A DNA stretch of 63,804 nt, the filler included, from Chiloscyllium plagiosum (Eukaryota), in the NCBI RefSeq assembly GCF_004010195.1. It is 5 parts of one record of this genome, joined end to end, with 100 filler letters (N's around TTAATTAATTAA, not from the genome) between each part and the next. Parts side by side here need not be neighbours in the genome. Positions count along the whole stretch, not along the records: positions 60,077 to 63,804 come from NC_057714.1; 4 more parts are not named here. One strand, 5' to 3'. Shown here in pieces: positions 63,409 to 63,804 of the stretch. The position numbers were made by a program, and so were the translations under genes. Below the pieces are notes generated by a model, which made no database searches, had not been told where the DNA came from, and was given only the letters and a program-made list of their open reading frames with translations. Numbering within the stretch: the first letter of the stretch is position 1; every line of letters begins with the position of its first letter.

Positions 63409-63804
63409 AGGTTTAGGGAGTAAGATTAGGGAGGGTGGTAAAAACGGAGGGGGAGTGGCGTTGCTAATTAGAAATGGTATAACGGCTGCAGAAAGGCAGT
63501 TCGAGGGGGATCTGCCTTTGGAGGTAGTAGGGGCTGAAGTCAGGAATAGGAAAGAAGCAGTCACCTTGTTGGGTGTTTACTATAGGCCCCCCAATAGCAG
63601 CAGAGATGTGGAGAAACAGATTGGGAAACAGATTTTGGAAAGGTGCAGAAGCCACAGGGTAGTAGTCATGGGCGATTTCAACTTCCCAAATATTGATTGG
63701 AAGCTCTTTAGATCAAGAAGATTGGACGGGGCGGTGTTTGTGCAGTGTGTCCAGGAAGCTTTTCTAACACAGTATGTAGATTGTCCGACCAGAGGAGAGG
63801 CCAT
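63409..63804 (+). mobile_element. CR1 ORF2 APE-endonuclease region, open frame running off the window
   Basis: REGGKNGGGVALLIRNGI...LLGVYYRPPNS...VVVMGDFNFPNIDW...FLTQYVDCPTRGEA. Confidence 0.9.

Overview
This is vertebrate genomic DNA, almost certainly a cartilaginous fish (shark), inferred from HE1/V-SINE-like and Deu-domain SINEs and shark-type CR1 LINE families. Most ORFs in the track are transposon debris. The one gene I can name is the first coding exon of a JAZF1-family zinc-finger gene (58089-58203, +) in a GC/CpG-rich promoter. Divergent from it on the - strand is a candidate unannotated small spliced gene (phase-compatible exons at 57589-57690, 25484-25564, 22209-22261 and 15187-15312, then a long AT-rich 3' UTR). 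The most striking pattern is a dense population of short Penelope-like-element (PLE) derivatives. They carry minimal type-I hammerhead ribozyme cores (CUGAnGA-stemII-GAAA-palindrome-UH), often form fold-backs, and several have 12-15 bp target-site duplications (TSDs). Two of them bound a complex inversion/inverted duplication at about 40.8-43.6 kb. Also present: many CR1 and L2/CR1-like LINE remnants, a Tx1/L1-type ORF1, Gypsy remnants, solo LTRs, a 22-bp/110-bp higher-order minisatellite, and five assembly gaps. Repeat boundaries were read by eye and are approximate; family names were not checked against a database.
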